Assembly: GCA_043788365.1 (NCBI GenBank)
Contig: JAYVTZ010000002.1
Span: 124,032-188,031, forward strand
Direction of reading: 5' to 3'
DNA length: 64,000 nt
From: Burkholderiaceae bacterium
GTDB taxonomy: Bacteria > Patescibacteriota > Saccharimonadia > Saccharimonadales > AQU-01
The translations under genes were made by a program, and so were the position numbers. Below are positions 1 through 9,224 of the stretch, piece after piece. Below the pieces are notes generated by a model. The model was not told the origin of the DNA and made no database searches. It saw nothing but the letters and a program-made list of their open reading frames with translations. Numbering within the stretch: position 1 is the first letter of the stretch; each line of letters opens with the position of its first letter.

Positions 1-572
1 ATAACCAAATCTTGGAAGCGCTCTAAGTTATCTGTTTCATAAGATACGACAAACTCATAATCATCAACTCCGTATGAATACAATAGACACTGTCTTATTT
101 TACTATAACCGAGCCCGACTTTAACGTGTTCACCCATGATTTTTCGACGTGTTTCAAAATCCAGCTGATGCCACTCAGTAGTTTTGGTGAATGGATAAAC
201 AATAAAATACGGCAATCGGTCAGTAAAGTTTTGAATCGTCTGTTCTGGATTGCCAAGTCGGCCACTATATTGTGATGCCCGAGCGATGCCAAAATATGAA
301 TAACTTAAATTTAGCAGCTCACCAAAATCTAACCTATTAATTTGATTAGTAAGCTCATTCACTGCTTCAGGCTTTTGGGCTCTTAACCAAAGCATAAAGC
401 TTGTACCGACTTTTAGTCCTTCAGTTATATACGATTCGATAATTATGTCTTTTTGACTAACGATGGTTTTAAGAAACCGTTTTTTAGCAGATGCCTGTGC
501 ATCCTCAGTTAGACGATAAAATTTTTTATTAAGACTAAAGAATAAATAACTGTGGTATTGGTGTTCATCCAT
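1..572 (-). CDS. Chlorite dismutase-family protein, HemQ/ChdC-like coproheme decarboxylase. The N-terminus is at 572 and the C-terminus runs off the window edge.
   Basis: Manual translation from the ATG at 572 gives MDEHQYHSYLFF...LPYFIVYPFTKTTEWHQLDFETRRKIMGEHVKVG with no stop through position 1. The YPFxK..EW....E.R..IM.EH motif resembles the Cld/HemQ family. It lies next to hemD and hemC. Confidence 0.5.
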   Translation of the reverse strand, partial: MDEHQYHSYLFFSLNKKFYRLTEDAQASAKKRFLKTIVSQKDIIIESYITEGLKVGTSFMLWLRAQKPEAVNELTNQINRLDFGELLNLSYSYFGIARASQYSGRLGNPEQTIQNFTDRLPYFIVYPFTKTTEWHQLDFETRRKIMGEHVKVGLGYSKIRQCLLYSYGVDDYEFVVSYETDNLERFQDLV

Positions 573-609
573 TTATCTAATTATACCACTGATAACACTT
601 AGCCGGCAG

Positions 610-1371
610 CTATTCAGAGAGCGATGAAAGGCTATCGATAACTGATTCTAAAAACGGCTGCTTGGCGGTTGCGACATTTGCGAAGCCAGCGTTTAGCAAC
701 GCTTCAGCAACACTCGGACCAATTGCTACAACCGGCAATCGCTTGGCGATTTTAAGATCGCCTGCTATCAAAAAGTTAACAAAACCAGCCACGGCGGATG
801 GGCTAGCAAAGGTTATAAAATCTACCTGATTAGCTTGGAGCATAACAGAGAATTTAGGGTCTTTTGAGGTAACATTGGCGGTTTGATAAATTCGTAAATC
901 AGTCACTAAAGCACCACGCTTTTTAAGAATATCAGGTAAATCATCAGAGGCAATTGTGGTTCTTAGTAACAGGATTTTTGTGCCCTTAACCGGCTCGAGC
1001 TCTTCGCCAAGCGCCTGACTAGACGAAGTAGATGGTATAAACTCCGCCCGTACACCGATCGTGGCAAGTTCAGATGATGTTTTGCTACCTATAACCGCAA
1101 CTTTAGGTAATCTAAGTTGTTTTAAATTTATACCCGCTTGCGTAACTAACAATTTGAGATAGCGCACACCACTGGCGCTGGTAAAAATCAACCAGTCGTA
1201 ATCTTCTAATTTGCTAAGTTCAGTAATAATTGTTTGATCGAGTTTAACTGGTGCCATTGTAATTGTTGGCAAGTTATAGACTTTAGCGCCAAGTGCCACC
1301 AACTTATCATGCCATTCTAAGCTACCCCTTGGACTCCGCGTTACTACTACGGTTTTGTTTTTCAATGACAT
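610..1371 (-). CDS. hemD: Uroporphyrinogen-III synthase
   Basis: 253 aa. The N-terminus KTVVVTRSPRGSLEWHDKLVALGAKVYNLPTI is typical of HemD. It is adjacent to hemC. Confidence 0.7.
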   Translation of the reverse strand: MSLKNKTVVVTRSPRGSLEWHDKLVALGAKVYNLPTITMAPVKLDQTIITELSKLEDYDWLIFTSASGVRYLKLLVTQAGINLKQLRLPKVAVIGSKTSSELATIGVRAEFIPSTSSSQALGEELEPVKGTKILLLRTTIASDDLPDILKKRGALVTDLRIYQTANVTSKDPKFSVMLQANQVDFITFASPSAVAGFVNFLIAGDLKIAKRLPVVAIGPSVAEALLNAGFANVATAKQPFLESVIDSLSSLSE

Positions 1372-1372
1372 A

Positions 1373-2317
1373 CTACTGCCAGCCCGCCCTTACCCCGTCA
1401 GCTAGTAATTCGTTAGCAAGGCTTTCGATTAGTTTTAAAATGTCTGATTTTGGTCCCGACACTGATTTAAGAACAGTATTTTTGGCGTCCATGCTACCGA
1501 CAGTACCAAAAATATTAACTTTCGTATTTTTCACCTCAACATAGCAACCAACTGGTAACTTACAGCCACCACCAATAATGCTTGAAAACAGTTGCTCAGC
1601 CCGGCATGATAAGACCGTATTTTCATCTTGAAGCGCTAATAAAATATCCCTAATTTTGTTATCTTCTTGGCGAAACTCAGCCGCCAACACTGCTTGCCCA
1701 GTGGCTGGCACAAATTCGCTCGGGCTAAAATATTGTGTTATTTTGTCGCTCAGACCTAGTCGACTAAGACCAGCAGACGCCAAAACGATAGCATCATAGT
1801 TGTCGCTATGTAACTTCTCTAGTCTTGTCTCAACGTTGCCCCGTACACTAGTAACAATTAGATCTGATCGATGATGCAAAAGTTGTGCTCTGCGACGTAT
1901 GCTGTCTGTTCCAACAATTGCGCCTTTTGGTAAATCTTTCAAGCTACCAACATTTTTAGCAACCAATACATCTCGAGGATCATCGCGCTTTAATACCGGC
2001 AACGACACTAAGCCCTGTGGTAAATCTGGTGGTAAATCTTTTAAGCTATGAACTGCAAAGTCAATTACCCGAGCACTAAGTGCCGTTTCAATTTCTTCGG
2101 TAAACCAAGTTTTGCCAATCGTATCCAGTGGGATTGGACTAAGATTTTTGTCGCCCTTAGTGACTATAATTTTAGTCACTACGTTAAGATCTGGGAATTT
2201 CTCATGTAGTGCAGTTACTACCAAATTAGTCTGAATTAACGCCAGGCGACTACCTCGCGTACCAACTACTAAGCGCTTGTTTGTCATCCATGAATGGTAG
2301 CACAGACTATTGTACAA
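1373..2317 (-). CDS. hemC: Hydroxymethylbilane synthase (porphobilinogen deaminase)
   Basis: 314 aa. VVGTRGSRLALIQT near the N-terminus and overall HemC-like architecture. Confidence 0.85.
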   Translation of the reverse strand: MYNSLCYHSWMTNKRLVVGTRGSRLALIQTNLVVTALHEKFPDLNVVTKIIVTKGDKNLSPIPLDTIGKTWFTEEIETALSARVIDFAVHSLKDLPPDLPQGLVSLPVLKRDDPRDVLVAKNVGSLKDLPKGAIVGTDSIRRRAQLLHHRSDLIVTSVRGNVETRLEKLHSDNYDAIVLASAGLSRLGLSDKITQYFSPSEFVPATGQAVLAAEFRQEDNKIRDILLALQDENTVLSCRAEQLFSSIIGGGCKLPVGCYVEVKNTKVNIFGTVGSMDAKNTVLKSVSGPKSDILKLIESLANELLADGVRAGWQ

Positions 2318-2438
2318 TTTCGACCGGAAAACACAGTTACCTACTGCTTAGAGAGACGTCAATAACGGCATCGGGTTATTGATTTCTAATTTAATAAAGA
2401 ATAGACTGGAATTACAGATATTAACAAAGGAATTATCA

Positions 2439-3044
2439 ATGCGTATATATGCAAAAGTTAGTTTCATCACCACTGCTATTTTATTAGCGGTCGTTACTGG
2501 CGTGCCAGCAACAGCATTAGGAGCCATAAACTCTCATGCTAATGCACAGGCCAACACAGCAACCAATAGTGAAACGAGTGACAATCAATCAACTTCACCT
2601 GGCTCAGAGGCAGCTACAAGATTAGCTGCAGCAAAACTTAAAGTTTGTCAAAACCGCGAAAAAGCAATCAATAATATTTTGAGTAGAATTGCTGACCGCG
2701 GTAAAAAACAATTAGATTTATTTACCACTATCGCTACTAAGACCGAGACCTTCTACACTAATAAAGGTAAAACTCTTAGTAACTACGATGCTTTGGTGGC
2801 CGACGTTACGGCTAAAAAAGATATGGCCCAAACTGCCGTCGATACAATCAAAAATAGTAGTGTCAGCTTCAAATGTGATGGTACCGATCCAAAGGGTGTA
2901 ATCAGTGGTTTCAAGGATAGTCTTAAATCAGAAATTGAGGTGCTAAAGGCCTATAGAACTAGCGTCAAGAACCTGATTGTTGGTGTTAAATCCGTCCAAG
3001 GTACCACTTCTTCGAGCGATAATAAGACAACGGGGAGTAACTAA
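2439..3044 (+). CDS. Secreted hypothetical protein, immediately upstream of the pilin gene and possibly pilus-associated.
   Basis: The listed ORF is 2379..3044. An internal ATG at 2439 follows an AAGGAA ribosome-binding site and gives a signal-peptide-like N-terminus, MRIYAKVSFITTAILLAVVTGVPATALGA. It ends 2 nt before the pilin gene. Confidence 0.5.
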   Translation: MRIYAKVSFITTAILLAVVTGVPATALGAINSHANAQANTATNSETSDNQSTSPGSEAATRLAAAKLKVCQNREKAINNILSRIADRGKKQLDLFTTIATKTETFYTNKGKTLSNYDALVADVTAKKDMAQTAVDTIKNSSVSFKCDGTDPKGVISGFKDSLKSEIEVLKAYRTSVKNLIVGVKSVQGTTSSSDNKTTGSN

Positions 3045-3046
3045 TC

Positions 3047-3358
3047 ATGAAGATCTACTCTAAACAATCTGGATTCTCGGCCGTTGAGGCATTAATCGTA
3101 ATAGTTGTCGTAGGTTTGATTGGTTTTATTGGATATAGTGTATATAACAGTAATCACACTAAAACTACCAACAATGCTGTCAGTACGACTTCGTCTACTA
3201 CAACATCTACTGCCAAAGCCAACGATGTTGCTACGGCACCTAACATTAGCTCAACAGCCGATCTAGACAAAGCCTCAGCAACTCTTGATCAAACCGATCC
3301 AGCAACCAGTAACAGTACCGATTCTAGCCAACTCGACACTCAATTAGCTAGCTTCTAG
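3047..3358 (+). CDS. Prepilin-type N-terminal cleavage/methylation-domain protein (type IV pilin or pseudopilin)
   Basis: KQSG|FSAVEALIVIVVVGLIGFIGY has the G|F cleavage site with Glu at +5, followed by a hydrophobic helix and a Ser/Thr-rich tail. Confidence 0.75.
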   Translation: MKIYSKQSGFSAVEALIVIVVVGLIGFIGYSVYNSNHTKTTNNAVSTTSSTTTSTAKANDVATAPNISSTADLDKASATLDQTDPATSNSTDSSQLDTQLASF

Positions 3359-3366
3359 CCAGCTAC

Positions 3367-4851
3367 TTAAGACTTGCCCTGGACCAGAACTTTGCCGGTG
3401 CAAATATCTACCTTATGGTTACAACTTGGGCATTCCCAGCAGTCCGGCTTAACAACTTCCGCCTTTTTGACATATTTGCGACACTTAATACACCTAATCT
3501 CACCTGTCATGGACTCCTTTTTGCTGCCTAATTCGGCATCGGCACCACTAGCCACATCATCCTTTACCTTGCTCAGATCAGGTGCATCGAATTTTTCCCC
3601 CTGTTTGAGTGCAGATGGGCACGAGGTAGATTTTTCAGTTGCTTTGGCCTTATTCTCGGCCAAGGCAGCTAGAGCAAGATTACCGTTTTGGGCGAATTGC
3701 CTGGCATCAATGATGTGTCCAGCTGAGGTTGCACCAAATACTCTTGGGTCAATTGTATTGTCGACACTAATAGCGTGCTTAACCATACTCTCACCAGCCA
3801 ACTTGCTGACTCTTTGAACTGCTTCCACTGGTGTTTTAATAGTGTCTACCTCGGCTATCAGCTGATCGACGATCTTATCAACCGTTGGGGCTAACTTTTG
3901 CTCGCGCTCCTCGCAAAACTTCTCATACTCTTGGTAATCTTGAACTTCTTTATCTTCGCCAAAGAATGTACCACCTGCGTGCTTATCCAACAAACTAACC
4001 AGATCCGAAACGCCATTGGGCATCATGGCCTTTGGTATCAATAATGGTTCATCAATTATCCGAACTGCTGTCTTGCCCTTATAGTCTACGCCTAGCTCGT
4101 CTGCCATACCTTCAACCGCCTGCTTGTCGTGACGTTCTCGCCCTGGTGCCGCAACCCCAGCCACAAACGCCGATGACATTTCTAACTCAACTCTCGACCC
4201 TTCGTCCTGATTGTCGATTTCTGTAGTCGCCTGGATGACAGTAGACTTGGAATCAACGAAGAAGTTGTTTTCTGATAGTTCTTCGTCGGTCATGTCGTCA
4301 GCGCAGCGTGAGACAACGACAAAGTAATTATCCTTTAGTTTTCCCTGCCGACGCAATTGCTCAAGCCTAAAACCGTTGCGGGTCTCGGCCTCTGAACGAC
4401 CTCGCATTTTAGGAGTCTCCGATGCATACAATAGGCTATTCTCGTAAACCGATTCCATTGACTGACCAAATTGGACGATGCCTTCCACTTCATCAACCTC
4501 AAGCTTAGTTTTAGTGATATTTCCTGACTTATAAACACGTTCCGTAAGATCAGTCGTAACATTTCTTTTCACTAATTGTCTAGCCGTCTCATCTCCCCAA
4601 GCCGCATCGTGAATCGCTTCTTGTAGTGACCTGATTTGGGGTTCTGGCTTATCTGCTTCTACAACTGTTTCAACTTCTACTGAATTTAGTGCGGTCGCTC
4701 CCACGCCCTTAATAAACCTCTCTGCCCTCGCCTTAACCATTCGGTCTTCCGGCATTTCGGCGATATTAACCACCCTCGTACGCTCTGGCGGCTCAGGCTC
4801 AAATAATCGATAATCTTGTTCTAATAGTTCGGCAGTGGCGGCCATAGACAT
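3367..4851 (-). CDS. Hypothetical 494-aa acidic protein with a C-terminal 4-Cys zinc ribbon (CIKCRK...CPSCNHK)
   Basis: Long ORF with no internal stops. The C-terminus has CxxC-x15-CxxC. I recognise no other domain. Confidence 0.6.
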   Translation of the reverse strand: MSMAATAELLEQDYRLFEPEPPERTRVVNIAEMPEDRMVKARAERFIKGVGATALNSVEVETVVEADKPEPQIRSLQEAIHDAAWGDETARQLVKRNVTTDLTERVYKSGNITKTKLEVDEVEGIVQFGQSMESVYENSLLYASETPKMRGRSEAETRNGFRLEQLRRQGKLKDNYFVVVSRCADDMTDEELSENNFFVDSKSTVIQATTEIDNQDEGSRVELEMSSAFVAGVAAPGRERHDKQAVEGMADELGVDYKGKTAVRIIDEPLLIPKAMMPNGVSDLVSLLDKHAGGTFFGEDKEVQDYQEYEKFCEEREQKLAPTVDKIVDQLIAEVDTIKTPVEAVQRVSKLAGESMVKHAISVDNTIDPRVFGATSAGHIIDARQFAQNGNLALAALAENKAKATEKSTSCPSALKQGEKFDAPDLSKVKDDVASGADAELGSKKESMTGEIRCIKCRKYVKKAEVVKPDCWECPSCNHKVDICTGKVLVQGKS

Positions 4852-5071
4852 AAAAATACCCTTACTCCTATTTGCAGGTAGAAAGGGCTATAAATACAGC
4901 TTGATTGCTCCTGCACGGGAGACTTATGTGTTGCTGTATCGGACTTGTCAATAGTGGTGACTTACCGTTGCGGCACAGTTCCTGATTTACACAGGATTCC
5001 AGCTCATGATTTGTTAAGTCCTAGTATAGTAACACAAAATCTAGGCGCTATATGTAGTATTTTTGATTTTA

Positions 5072-5767
5072 TTAAATAGCTCGTAAACTACGTAAAACAT
5101 CGGGGAAGGTTTTCTCGTCCGGATGTGCCGATGCGTCGGTGTAAACAATGAAGTACTTATGGACGCCCTCTCTTACACCTGTTAGCTTAACTTCGTTGAT
5201 GCCATCGGGCGAGCCGATGCCAACGACGTTACGTAGACTGTTTGGTATATCACAGATAAATTTCGTGCCCTGCCATGTAACTTCAATTGGTTTTAGCTTG
5301 GCGGCAGCTTGTGGACTGAGCTTGAGAGTTTCTTGGTTAAACGTAATACAGTTTTCCGACGCCAAATCAACGCCTAGCCGATCTTCCTGACCGGTAACTG
5401 GTAGGACGCGGTTGATAGCCAGTGTGGCTGGGACAGTATCGACGTAAATATCTATGGTTCTAGCTGTCGATTCTTTGGTTGTACCCTTCCATGAAATTAC
5501 ATGGACTGGTTTCTCGCGCCGAACATACTCGGTCCAGTCACCCGGTAAGTCCATCTCGAATGTCGGTTCTTTGATGTGTTTTTTTGGAGGTTCATCATTC
5601 GCAGTTGGTACTAGAATTGCTCCATTATCATTTATCCGGACGTGCGGACGCCTTAAGTAAAGCCAGATTAAAACTACTACGGCCACAAAGATAGCCAATT
5701 TAACCATGAGTCTTAGAAAAGCATAGCGTTTTTTCTTGCGCTGAACGCGACGGTTAAAAAGATACAT
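5072..5767 (-). CDS. Membrane-anchored hypothetical protein
   Basis: 231 aa. A basic N-terminus is followed by one transmembrane helix (LAIFVAVVVLIWLYL). Confidence 0.5.
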   Translation of the reverse strand: MYLFNRRVQRKKKRYAFLRLMVKLAIFVAVVVLIWLYLRRPHVRINDNGAILVPTANDEPPKKHIKEPTFEMDLPGDWTEYVRREKPVHVISWKGTTKESTARTIDIYVDTVPATLAINRVLPVTGQEDRLGVDLASENCITFNQETLKLSPQAAAKLKPIEVTWQGTKFICDIPNSLRNVVGIGSPDGINEVKLTGVREGVHKYFIVYTDASAHPDEKTFPDVLRSLRAI

Positions 5768-5782
5768 GATGAGTATGGTCTT

Positions 5783-6580
5783 TTATTTAACGAAAATGAT
5801 TATAAGAACTAGGGCTGCCAAGCTCAAACGGTAATAGGCGAATATCGCTAGGCTGTGCTTGCCGAGGTAGCCAATCATAAATTTGATAGCGAATAAGCCA
5901 GTTACGAAAGCCGTCAGTACGCCAATTATAAATAGGCTAGCGTGATTGGATATGTCTGTAATTGCAGCGTGTTTGGCTAAAACTTTTAGGATTGCTCCAG
6001 CAGTGATTGGAATACCAAGCAGGAACGAAAAACGTGTTGCCGCTACTCTGTCGAGACCCAAAAATAGACCGGCTGTTATGGTGCTACCTGACCTAGAAAC
6101 GCCGGGCACAATCGCGGCTGCCTGAGCAAAACCCATAGTTATTGCTTGTTTGTTCGAGATATTTTCAAGCTTAACTGAATCTTTGTATCGCTTGGCAAAT
6201 CTTTCGGCCCAAAGCATGACCAGGCCAAAAACCGCTAGGTTAATGCTAACAAGTGTAGCTGAGCGAAACTTTGATTCGGCGGCACTCTCAAACAAGAAAC
6301 CTATAACAGCCGCTGGTATGGTAGCAGTGATCAATAACCAAACGAGTTTAGTCTGATCATCTTTAACAAATAATGCCCTTAACATGTTAAGTAAGTCTTT
6401 GTAGAAGTAAATTAGGAGCGCTATTAAAGTACCGATATGTAGTGCGACATCGAATGTAAAGCCGTTCTGGGTGATGCCCATAGCCTTCTGCATGAGTAAT
6501 AAATGCCCAGAGCTAGAGACAGGTATAAACTCAGTAAGCCCCTGAACAATGCCTAAAATAATTGCTTGAATAATCGTCAC
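5783..6580 (-). CDS. uppP: Undecaprenyl-diphosphatase
   Basis: GLTEFIPVSSSGHLLL and PGVSRSGSTITAGL motifs with multiple transmembrane helices, as in UppP/BacA. Confidence 0.85.
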   Translation of the reverse strand: MTIIQAIILGIVQGLTEFIPVSSSGHLLLMQKAMGITQNGFTFDVALHIGTLIALLIYFYKDLLNMLRALFVKDDQTKLVWLLITATIPAAVIGFLFESAAESKFRSATLVSINLAVFGLVMLWAERFAKRYKDSVKLENISNKQAITMGFAQAAAIVPGVSRSGSTITAGLFLGLDRVAATRFSFLLGIPITAGAILKVLAKHAAITDISNHASLFIIGVLTAFVTGLFAIKFMIGYLGKHSLAIFAYYRLSLAALVLIIIFVK

Positions 6581-6625
6581 TCATCAAGTATAGCCTAGGC
6601 CAAGTTATAAGCCAAAGACCAATCG

Positions 6626-7084
6626 CTAAGGAAGTCTCTGTTTCAGCTCCGCAAGTCTAGCGACAAAACTTTGAGCGGCGGCGTCTAGTCCTAAAACTCT
6701 CATCGCAGCCAATAGAGTTTGCAAATCTTCTACTTGAATTTCAGTCAAAATAGCGCTTTGTTCGGCCGTAACAAAAAAATGTTCGACCTTTTCGACTAAC
6801 CACTTTTCTTCACCGGGTTTGACGATGTTGGTTGACAGCTTAGTAGCCTCAGCGCTGGCCACAACTTCTAGCGAACGAGCCGAATGATCACGCTTTTTGA
6901 GGTGTCCCCGCTTAATCAAATTATTGACGTGTAGCGCTACACTGGCCACCGAGGTATAGCCCTTGCCAGTCATAATTTCGCGATAGCTCGGACTATAACC
7001 GTGCTCGGCAATGAATTCTTGGATATAAGTCAGTAGTTCGCGCTGTTTCTTAGTTGGCCTGATTACTTCATTTGTTTCAGCCAT
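6626..7084 (-). CDS. LexA-type winged-helix DNA-binding protein with no S24 peptidase domain
   Basis: The N-terminal 70 aa (KKQRELLTYIQEFIAEHGYSPSYREIMTGKGYTSVASVALHVNNLIKRGHL) resemble the LexA DNA-binding domain. The C-terminal ~70 aa are helical and unrelated to S24. Confidence 0.6.
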   Translation of the reverse strand: MAETNEVIRPTKKQRELLTYIQEFIAEHGYSPSYREIMTGKGYTSVASVALHVNNLIKRGHLKKRDHSARSLEVVASAEATKLSTNIVKPGEEKWLVEKVEHFFVTAEQSAILTEIQVEDLQTLLAAMRVLGLDAAAQSFVARLAELKQRLP

Positions 7085-7087
7085 ATT

Positions 7088-7585
7088 TTAACCTTTATTA
7101 GCATAAGTTATCGGGCCGTGTGGCCGATGAGCCACCACTCTTGGCAAGGTAGTCTTGATTGTCTTTTTCTTAAACTTGTCAGGGAACACCCAGAGCTTAT
7201 ACCAAAAGTAGTTCCAAACTGTGAAAAAGCCCGACGAAGCAAATTGACCCAGATATGGGCTAATTCCAACTTGTTTTAGTCCCCACACAATGAAGTAGTC
7301 GATAACAAAATCGACTAGCGTAATAATTGCGTAACGGGTAGTGACTTGGGTTTTTTGGTCATTTAATTTGGCGTTCTGGAACACCCAGTAGCGTTGTAAT
7401 ACATAGTTAACAATCCAGCCGACGATATTGGCTGATAGTTTGGCCCACCATAGGTTAAGGTGTAGCACTTTGTCGGCCACAAAAAAGACGCCGTAACCCG
7501 TCCAAAAATAAGCCCCTCCGCTAATCATGTACTCAACGACACGGATTACTTCCCTACGACTGATAAGTTTATTTTTCTTCATGTT
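7088..7585 (-). CDS. GtrA-family polysaccharide-synthesis membrane protein
   Basis: Four transmembrane segments and GtrA-like size and motifs (RYWVFQN, VNYVLQRYW). Start chosen at MKKNKL. The 27 codons upstream in the listed ORF (7586..7666) overlap a repeat element. Confidence 0.65.
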   Translation of the reverse strand, partial: NMKKNKLISRREVIRVVEYMISGGAYFWTGYGVFFVADKVLHLNLWWAKLSANIVGWIVNYVLQRYWVFQNAKLNDQKTQVTTRYAIITLVDFVIDYFIVWGLKQVGISPYLGQFASSGFFTVWNYFWYKLWVFPDKFKKKTIKTTLPRVVAHRPHGPITYANKG

Positions 7586-7657
7586 CGTTGTTTGTACTAT
7601 ATAGCAGATGGAGTCTAGAGTCACGAATCTGGAGTCAAGAAGGTCAAATACGACCCT

Positions 7658-7690
7658 CATTGTCATCCCAGGCCTGTCCCGGGATCCAGT
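7658..7690. repeat. 33-bp hairpin-containing repeat, copy A (reverse-complement orientation relative to copy B)
   Basis: cattgtcatcccaggcctgtcccgggatccagt. Its reverse complement matches 51452..51484 at 31 of 33 bases. Confidence 0.7.
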
Positions 7691-7781
7691 ATATTAATGA
7701 ATTATTAGTTCTAAATTTCCGCTCGTAGGCAGAAATGACACAAGAGTATTAGTGCCTGTATAGGGTTGAGCCCTGCTACTC

Positions 7782-9119
7782 TTACTGCTTAACCATAGAC
7801 CTATTTTGGCTCATCGCAATCCCGGCCAGTCCCCACCAAATATAAGCTAGAGTGTCGTCAGCCCAAGCGTGAGATACCATGTTTATGAATATTAAGCCTA
7901 CCAGGCTACCCAAGAGAGCCCTGGCCAAGGGGTCGTCTTTCAAGTCGAACAGCCGCTGGAATAGCATTATATTAATTATTACGAATACAACCAGGCCGAG
8001 CAAGCCGACTTCTTGGGCGATTTGAATGAAAAAGTTTTCTGATATTTTGATTGGGCCCTTAGTATTACGAAGCGAAGCAGGTCCTGCGCTACCGACACCA
8101 CTGCCAAGAGGGTGTCTAATTACATCCTTTGTTGCCTCTTCAAGCGCTGAAACCCGAGCATTATTAGAGCTTTGGCCAGAGGTTGACCGGCTAGACGAGT
8201 GAAAAAATACATTTTGGAGTACATAGTTGCGACTAAGTATCGGCATCATTAAGCCCAAAGTTATCAGGACCGTAGAAAATATAATTAGATTTTTCCTATT
8301 TAGAAACCTGCGTTCATAGACTATCAAGATAGCCACTAGACCGAGCATTGTGCCAACTAAGGCGCTACGTGAATAAGTCATCAATATAACAAATAAACAG
8401 AGTAGCCCGAAGCCTAAATAATAAGCTCTGTGTCGCTTGGCCCCCAAACCGAGCGACAAGATTAGACAGCTAACCACTACAAGATATGCGCCAAGTGGGT
8501 TTGGCCCTCGAAGAGTTGACTGGACACGAACAAAGTCTGGCTTACTGTCTACCGTATGATAGGGAACAATGGTCTGCTTACTATAGCCAATATGCGCGAG
8601 TATGTCTTTGGGCAGAACCGTAGTCTGCAAAGCGCCAAACAACACTACTATTAGTGCTGGCATTAGAATTAGCATTTTCCAGTTAAAAGCCCTACCTAAA
8701 TTGCTAAACTTAAATACCAGATAAGTTACAATAAAAAACCCAACCAGCCGCAGGTCAATCATCAGTCCATATATAACTGCCAAGTGACTAACACGGTGAC
8801 TAATAAGATCATAAAAGCTTGTTAAAAGTAGAATAAGAGTAAAAACTAATATAGAGACTATGAGTTTGTCATTTGGGATGAGTTTAAGTTTTGTGCGGTT
8901 TTTAACTCGATAGAATGTCAGCATTAAGACTAGTCCAGCCAGAACAATCTCTTTGATTATTCTGAGTAAGTCAAAATGCCCGTAGTGGCTAGCAAGAAAA
9001 ACGGTAATCGGAGCATAGAATGGTGCGACTATAAATATAAAACCAATGCCAAGACCCATTATGTGTAGAAGGTAATTTTCTGTGGCTGAATCTAGACGGT
9101 TTTGTTTAGGTCTCAACAT
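7782..9119 (-). CDS. O-antigen ligase/polymerase-like polytopic membrane protein (Wzy_C-like)
   Basis: 445 aa with about 10 transmembrane helices and a large loop, in a glycan locus. Assigned by architecture only. Confidence 0.5.
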   Translation of the reverse strand: MLRPKQNRLDSATENYLLHIMGLGIGFIFIVAPFYAPITVFLASHYGHFDLLRIIKEIVLAGLVLMLTFYRVKNRTKLKLIPNDKLIVSILVFTLILLLTSFYDLISHRVSHLAVIYGLMIDLRLVGFFIVTYLVFKFSNLGRAFNWKMLILMPALIVVLFGALQTTVLPKDILAHIGYSKQTIVPYHTVDSKPDFVRVQSTLRGPNPLGAYLVVVSCLILSLGLGAKRHRAYYLGFGLLCLFVILMTYSRSALVGTMLGLVAILIVYERRFLNRKNLIIFSTVLITLGLMMPILSRNYVLQNVFFHSSSRSTSGQSSNNARVSALEEATKDVIRHPLGSGVGSAGPASLRNTKGPIKISENFFIQIAQEVGLLGLVVFVIINIMLFQRLFDLKDDPLARALLGSLVGLIFINMVSHAWADDTLAYIWWGLAGIAMSQNRSMVKQ

Positions 9120-9224
9120 AAATGCTACAATCAGTATAGGTTAATACGCTTAGAGTGTCAGTCTAAATCATAGATTGTCGGCCGGTTAATCTACACTTAC
9201 GATAATTATGAGAATACTCACCCT

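Noticed and set aside
95-292. 65-aa minus-strand ORF from the track
   Set aside because: It lies in a different frame inside the longer open frame that I translated manually from 572 to 1 (Cld/HemQ-like). It is most likely a spurious overlapping ORF.
3374-3817. 147-aa plus-strand ORF antisense to the 494-aa gene
   Set aside because: Fully embedded antisense in a long, well-formed ORF, with low-complexity composition. The same reasoning applies to the other short antisense ORFs in the track (for example 4032..4226, 13213..13401, 28264..28695, 45674..45982, 46309..46644, 61773..62255).
7586-7666. N-terminal 27-codon extension of the GtrA-family ORF (MTMRVVF...)
   Set aside because: The extension overlaps the 33-bp hairpin repeat and has no membrane-protein character. 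The conserved GtrA N-terminus begins at MKKNKL.
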